64,000 nucleotides of DNA, taken from the NCBI RefSeq assembly GCF_046119375.1, contig NW_027362763.1, positions 452,910,001 to 452,974,000 on the forward strand, in the 5' to 3' direction. The notes below the pieces were generated by a model that was not told the DNA's origin, did no database searches, and saw only the letters and a list, made by a program, of their open reading frames with translations. Made by a program: the position numbers and the translations under genes. Positions 57,255-64,000 of the stretch are shown piece by piece; positions within the stretch are counted from its first letter, which is position 1; each line of letters starts with the position of its first letter. This DNA comes from Phyllobates terribilis. Taxonomy: Eukaryota.

Positions 57255-59600
57255 TTGGTGTCATCAGCACATAGGTATTGAAAACGGAATCTACTGATTG
57301 TTTTTCCAATAGGAGCGGTGTATAAGGAGAAGATGAGGGGGCCTAGGACTGAACATTGAGGAACCCCGACAGTAAGGGGAAGAGGAAAAGAAGGGGAGTC
57401 AGCAAAAGATACAGTGAAGGAGTGGCCAGAGAGGTAGCAGGAGAACCAGGAGAGAGCAGTATCTTTGAGACCAATAGAGCAGAGCATGTGAGGAAGAACT
57501 GGTAATCCACAGTGAAGAATGCTGAAAAGAGATCCAGGAAAATCAGCAGTAGTGTCCATTAGATCTAGTAAGGGCAGTTTAAATAGAGTGTAAGGAGTGG
57601 AAGTCAGATTGTAAAGGGTCAAGAAGAGAATGATCTGAGAGATAGCGAATTGGATGGGAGTGGACCAAGTGTTCCAGGAGTTTAGAGATGAAGGGGAGAT
57701 TAGAGACAGGTCTGTAGTTAGCAGCGCAGTTCTGGTCGAGGGATGTAATTTTAAAGAAATGGATGTATGCTGACATGTTTAAATGAGGAGAGAAAGATAC
57801 CAGATAAGATAGAGAGAGATTAAATATTTTAGTTAGGTGAGGGGTGACATCCGGGGAAACGGACTGGAGAAGATGCGTAGTAATAGGGTCATTGATGCAG
57901 CTAGTAGGGCGAGAAGATGCAAGGAGACTGGTTCAAAGATAGAAAGTGAGCTAGTTACAGTGCAGTAGGGAGGAGAATGCATGACGTTAGGGGATTGGGA
58001 GAAAATTTCCTGTCGGATATGGTCAATGTTTTCTTTGAAATAATTGGCCAGATCATCAGCGCTGAGTTCGGTAGTGGGGGCCTGCCCTCTTGGATTGAGG
58101 AGAGATAGAAAAGTGTCAAAGAGTCATTTAGGATTGTTGAATAGTGGGGTAATGAGGGTGTTGAAGTAGGTTTGTTTGGAGAGGTGAAGGGCAAAGTTGT
58201 ATGTTTTAAGCATAAACTTATAATGGATGAAATGTTCGGCCAGATTGGATTTTCTCCACAGACGTTTGGCGCACCTGGAGCACCGCTGGAGAAAACATGT
58301 TTGCTGGGGATTGTCACCATCTGTGCTGAGTTGTTCTATGTGTTGGTGGTGCAGTTTTATTAAGGGAACTTTGCAATGTTTCATTATAATGTTTCAGTTC
58401 AGAGTCAGAACATTAGAGGGAGGAGATTGGAGCCAATGATGACTGCAAATTCTTCATAAGTTTCTGGGTATTAATGGCATGTATATTTCTATAAGTGTGG
58501 AATGTGGGGGTGTCCTGAGTGGGGTGACAGTTCTTGACAGAGAATTAAAGAGGGTTGTGATCAGAGAGTGGAAGAAGGGAGTTAGTAAAGTCATACACTG
58601 AGCAGAGATGAGAGAAGACCAGGCCCAGAATATTCCCATCTTCATATTTGAGAATTAGTAAGCTGTGAAAAGCCGAAGGAGGAAGTTAGGAATAAAAGGT
58701 GAGTGGCAGATGGGGAGAGGGAATAGCCAATAAAAATATAAAAGTCCCCCATGATGAGAGTGGGAATTTCACAGCATAGAACGTTTGGAAACCAGGTGGC
58801 AAAGTGATCCAAGAACTGACGGGAGGAGACTAGAGGGCAATACACAACCACCACTTGCAGGGAGAAGGGCTGGTTGAGTCTGACAGTGTGGACCTCAAAA
58901 GATGGGAAGATAAGGGAGGGATGACCTGAAAAGTACATTTTGTTGAAAGGAACAGCCTCCACCTGATCTGTTTTCAGGTCTCGGGGTATGTGAAAAATGT
59001 AGGCCATCATATGAGAGAGTAGCAGCGGCGATAGTGTACAACTGCTGGATCCAGATTTCAGTAAGTGCCAGAAGGTTAAGGGAATTTGAAAGGAAAAAGA
59101 CATGGTTGTAGGAGCGTTTGTTACATGCTGACTGTGAGTTCCAGAGGACACAATTAAAAAAGACAGAAGGCATGCAAGGAATATTAATGAGATTCATGAG
59201 GTTTCTGCAGGGAGGGAGTTAATCTGAATATTACAAGAAGGGCCGGGGTTAGGAGAGATATCTCCTGCGACTAGATGAAGGATAATAGAGAGAGTGAGCA
59301 GATGATTGAGTGATTTGTGAGAGCTTCTCTTGTGTTGTATGGTGGGAGTGAATGGATCTGTGAGGTTTAAGATTGTGAAGAGAGCATGAGAGCTGTACAT
59401 AGGAGAAGAGAGGAGACAGGGGCTGATATGCAGTGCACAGAGTTTGTGAAAGGACGGTAGATGTGAGTGATTGCAGCAGCCAGAACATGATGAATAATTT
59501 TTGCAATGCAAATGATCTGAAAACAAGTTTGTTTAAATGTCTTACATGTCTTACCTGTCTCCTGACCTGTCCAACTGCCATGTTTAACTGCCCTGGCACT
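57255..59600 (-). pseudogene. Decayed L2/CR1-group LINE ORF2 (2A-like leader, APE endonuclease, RT up to the ADD motif)
   Basis: CVLWNSQS, LALTEIW, IMGDF, NYRPVSNLPFISKLLE, PQCSVLGP and CADDTKL across frameshifts; the 3' part is replaced by a short GA-rich repeat (about 57115-57250). Confidence 0.88.
59239..59330 (-). other. 2A-like (StopGo) peptide upstream of the APE domain
   Basis: HKSLNHLLTLSIILHLVAGDISPNPG-P; the motif GDISPNPGP lies at 59239-59265. Confidence 0.7.
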
Positions 59601-60687
59601 TAGAAAAATATGTCACTTAGATAAAATCTGCACAAAGTGCTTCCCCTTGGCTATGCCCAGATATATAGGGACTTTATGCTTAAATGATCAATACAAATCT
59701 ATGGGTCCGTGGAAATCATGTACAGCACATGAATGGCATTAGTGTGCAGTCTGTGTGCTGTCCATAATTAGCATTGCAATGAACGGAAGTTTTGTAATTT
59801 ATTTATTTTTTTCATATGTAAAAATCACTGATAAATACCGATGATACCAACTGACACAGTGACCTAACAATGATGAAACTAGGATGAAAAACTCTAATGA
59901 AACTCATACAAAGTTCAAATGATATACAATATACACGATCAGAGAAAAAAATATGATAAATATAATCCCAAAATCAAAGTGAATATATACAATATACAAT
60001 AAGAATAATTCAAGTACAGTAAGTATAAATAGAAGTCACATAGATATAATGTGGGAAGTCCACCGTTTGTTCACTCTATTTGTTATTCCCAATGTTTTGG
60101 GGCCTCCCCAAATTGAAATAAAAAAAACACAACAATGGGCTGTTTCGATGAGTACATCCACACAAGCTTTTTGTCAGAGTAGTGCCATAGAGACAGGCAC
60201 AGAGTACACACACAGAGACAGACAGAACCTAATACTGTCCCTCAATCGAGCTGTGTCCTGTCCCTACACTAATCAGAGCAGAATTGCGGCACCACCCGTG
60301 ATCCGGCGTTTATACAGGTGCCAGGTAACGTGGTGCACCAGCCAATCACAGCCATGCCAGTACTTGGCTGTGATGGCTCAGAAGTGCTCACAGCCTAAAA
60401 GCTTGTTGATTGGCTGTGCTGTAGCCTTTCAACAAACTTTATTTAGCATCCGAATACCAACAGTACAACGGACTTATGGAAAAATATGTGTTCTGAATTC
60501 AGCACCGGACACTAGTCCGGTATTTCCATTAGATGATACTGACATTTGATGAGAAATACAGCAAGATGAGACAAGGCAAGAATTTGACTTGGCCTCTGCA
60601 AAAATTTTTGGACGATTGTGAATTGGGTTGGATTGGAAGAAGTTTGGAAAATGAGTCCCTCCCACGACTACCGCATACACACATATG

Positions 60688-63600
60688 TGTGACATGGAGA
60701 AGTAGTGCTGTTGCTTCAAAAGCATCCAGCAACTGTTACAAATAACACAAGTACAGGAGACAGGAAGTGTTGTGCTCAAAAGCATCCAGCAACTAGAGGG
60801 GTTAACACAGTCACAGGAAACTGTTTTAGCAGAGCCCCAGGGAGATTGTGGGGAACTTTTTATTGCAGTCTGGCTGAAGCCAAAGAGAAAGGTGGTATGT
60901 TATCTGGATCTGTCAGAAGGCAATTGAACAGGATTCAGATCAGGAGAGAAACTAAACACAGGTCAGATAAAGTCCCTGAACTAAGAGTGCAGAGTATTAT
61001 CGGTCAGGAAGATAAGGACTGGAAGGAATTGTGTCACAGGGATCATCTCCCTCCTCAAACCCTCCCCCCTCCATTTCCATGCAGGATAAAGAATGCTGTG
61101 TACTATTGTGTGCTTGTGAAGGAAAAGCCTGTGGTTGTGTATGCATAGAAGTGTGCTGCTAAGAGATCTAAATTATGCTGAATTATGCTGCTGAAGAGAC
61201 TGTAATACTGTGCCTTGTGAAGAGACTACTGTATTGTTACTGGAGCCAGTTGCTCAAGAACCTTAAACTGTACTGTAATGAAGATTGTTGCTGTAATATC
61301 CCTAAATTGCAGATTAAATTCCACTGTTAAACTGTTGAAAAAGACTCCTGTCAGATGTGTCTGGTCAGCAAATGAATCTATCGTGTGCCTGAGAGCTGCA
61401 GCCTATGGTTGCCCTGAGTAATGGTTCCCCCAGGATTCCAAGAATTCATGAAACCCATCTCGCCCTATCTGAATCTAACATTGGTGGCCCGTACAGGGAA
61501 TTCTAAGAGGGAATTAGCATGTAGAGGGAGAAGAGGAAAAGTGTCTGGAAAAACAAAACAGCACAGCACCTCAATTCAACTCTGCTACACCAGTTAAAGG
61601 GGACCATCCCTAAAGAAAACTCACTAGCAGCAATGGATGTGGAAATACAAATGGACAGAATTAGTGAGCTGCTTCTTCAGTTAACCTGTGAAGAATTAAG
61701 AACAGTAGCAAAACATATAAAGATGTCAGAATAACAGATTTCTAAAGCACACAACCACAGGCAACTGTTAGCTGCCATTGATGCAAAACTGGATGAGCTG
61801 GGGGAGAAAGAAGCTGAAGGCATCATGGAGACGTTCCTCCAGGAGCTAACACAGTTTCTAACCAGGTTGAAGTTGGAGGATGGAGGGGTGGCACCAATTA
61901 CCAAAAGCGGGAATCTCCATCCGCAGACAGAACTACAGGAATTGAAAGAACAATTTAAAGCCCTAACAACAACCCTGCAGGAATTGACCAAAACCTCTGA
62001 ACTGGTGACAGACCCAGACAGAATCTTTACCTCGCTCGGGTTAGAAAAATCAGGAAGACAGTCCTCCCTAACACCACAAATCACCATAAGGAAAGAATTC
62101 AATAACCTGGGACAGATTGGAGAGTGTGAACAGAAAGAGAAACTGTCTTATATGAACTTGTTGCACCAGATCGATGCAGGCTTACAGAAAGGCTACCAGC
62201 CAGATGAGATCATTGAGGGGGTGCTGAAAGTGATCAGCCAAGAACTGAACCTTCATAGTATTCTAGAAATGAAGAGTCAATTGACCTTGCAACAACTGAA
62301 GATGATTTTAAAAGGGCACTATAAAGAAGAGAGTACTTCATAATTGTTCCACCGACTCATTAACCTCTCACAGAAAAATAATGAATCACCCCAAAGTTTA
62401 TTGTTCAGAGCAATTGAACTGAAGGATAGACTGTTGTTTGCATCAAGAGATGTAGAAGCGGAGGAGAAGTTTGATGCTGGACTAGTCCAGAAGAAGTTCT
62501 TGAGATCATTGAGAATGGGGTTAATCAGCAAAGACATCAAGTTGCAACTGAAACAGTACCTAGAAGAACCTGCCATTCTGGACGAAGTCTTAATTGAAAA
62601 AATGAATGAGGCAGCTAGTTTGGAGTCAGAGAGCGAACAGTAGTTAAAGAAAGGCTCTGCTCTTAAAATCACCAAAATGAGTCAGCTGAAGTTGGAGACC
62701 CCCGGTGGCCAGTTCAAAGATCATCATGGAGATCCTCCAGTGCCACCTCTGAGAGGGAACCTTAAAACACCAACAAAATAGAGGCCCGCCAGCGCTGACT
62801 GGGAGGAAGTAATAGGAGAACTGCGTGGGAAGTTGGTTGAGGTGAAAAAGTTGATTAGTTCCAGACCAGAACCTGTATATACCCGGCTTGTGAAGCGTGC
62901 CATTCACCAAATCAGAGTATGGTGTGTGTCCACTGTCTAAGATGTGGTAAGGAAGGACATTATGCCAATGAATGTTTGGGTTAAAAGACAGGAGATTGCC
63001 AGTGCAGGGCGACTGGTAACCACAACACTGAGGAGGCCCCAGAAGCAAATCCAAATCTCACCAATCCTCAGAACGGCGCATGAGGTAAAACGGCTGCATC
63101 AGTACTATCCCCAAGTGTGTTCCCATCTACAACAGCTGCAAGAGAGACAGGGGCATCAGTTACCTAATGCCAAGTGCAGAGGTCAAACGATGTACTCCTG
63201 GGAGGAGGATTCCTTGGTCAGTAAAGATAGCCTCATCAGCCTAATCGGTGGTTATGAATATATATTAGTGGTGACAGACCATTTTACTTGATTTGCCCAA
63301 GCATATGCCACCACCAATAAAGCTGGTCGGTTTTGGTTCCCTGCAAGGTTAGACCACGACCAAGGAAGAGAATTTGAGAACCAGCTCTTTGACAGGCTAG
63401 GAAAGTACTGTAGAATTTAGAGATCCCACACAATGCCCTATCACCTAGAGGGTAATGGACAAGTGGAACATTTTACCCCGACATTATTATCGATGTTGTG
63501 CACTTTAATGGCTGACAAGAAGAAAGACTGGAAGAGTTCTCTGTCAAAAGTGGTACAAGCCTATAACCCATTGCATCGCTCTTCGTACAGTTAATCACCC

Positions 63601-64000
63601 TTCTTCCTATTGTATGGACGATCACCAAGACTGCCAATCAACATCATGTTCGATACTCCGGTGTAAGAGACTTACAGAACGTTTCCGAAGTATGTTCGGA
63701 AATGGAAGGAACGGATGGCAGAGGCATACAACATAGCGTCCAAAGTGGTTAAGCAAGGACAGAGAAATAGTAAGGAGTACTATGATCGAAAACGTTATGG
63801 AGCAGAATTGGCACTGGGAAGCCGGGCGTTAGTCAAGAACGTACTTGAGAAAGGTAGTCCAGGAAAAACTTTGTTCGTACTGGGAAGACGAGGTGTATGT
63901 GGTCATAAAGAGGAAAGCCGATGACAGTCCAGTGTATGAAATCTCATTGGAAAGAGGGGACAAGAAAACCAGAATAGTCCATCGGAATTTATTACTACCC
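60688..64000 (+). mobile_element. Internally deleted, decayed Gypsy LTR retrotransposon, continues off the window end
   Basis: LTR ends CTAACA at 61480 (5' boundary uncertain); PBS; gag remnant 61632-63000 with a CLRCGKEGHYANEC knuckle; integrase core [29 protein letters not shown]; RT and RNase H absent. Confidence 0.85.
61482..61499 (+). promoter_or_regulatory. Primer-binding site complementary to tRNA-Ile(AAU)
   Basis: TGGTGGCCCGTACAGGGA, 1 nt after the LTR end; 17 of 18 match to the recalled complement TGGTGGCCCGTACGGGGA. Confidence 0.75.

Larger units (their letters stand above)
54463..60510 (+). mobile_element. hAT DNA transposon D, heavily decayed, right end uncertain
   Basis: Left TIR TAGTGATGAGC with a CTCGA cluster; duplicated units at about 54740-55025; hAT-like subterminal sequence near 60250-60510; no matching TSD found. 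Confidence 0.6.

Overview
Eukaryotic, almost entirely transposon-derived window; the repeat families look anuran (frog), which is an inference from recalled families. No host gene, tRNA gene, functional rRNA gene or CRISPR array is supported. Two elements look young and intact. One is a 4,975-bp Tf1/sushi-type chromovirus (3981-8955, minus) with 422-bp LTRs differing at 2 sites, an ATCAT TSD, one 1355-aa gag-pol ORF and a putative self-priming PBS. The other is a 10,462-bp hAT transposon (29468-39929, GTTGGGAG TSD) with an uninterrupted 1226-aa BED-finger transposase. That hAT sits inside a CR1 LINE, which sits inside an older hAT. It contains an 18S rRNA fragment, an LTR-like piece, an L1 fragment and a decayed DD37E Tc1. 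Five hAT elements share TAG(A/T)G(A/T)TGAGC-type ends, and the four with transposase sequence carry their own tandem repeats. Also present: an unidentified Glu-rich decayed ORF inside one hAT, a DD38E Tc1 fused in frame to hAT-derived sequence, an L2 LINE with a 2A-like peptide, a near-perfect 421-bp concatemer with a co-varying hairpin, several MITEs and solo LTRs, and a deleted Gypsy with a tRNA-Ile PBS running off the window end. Boundaries without a TSD are approximate.
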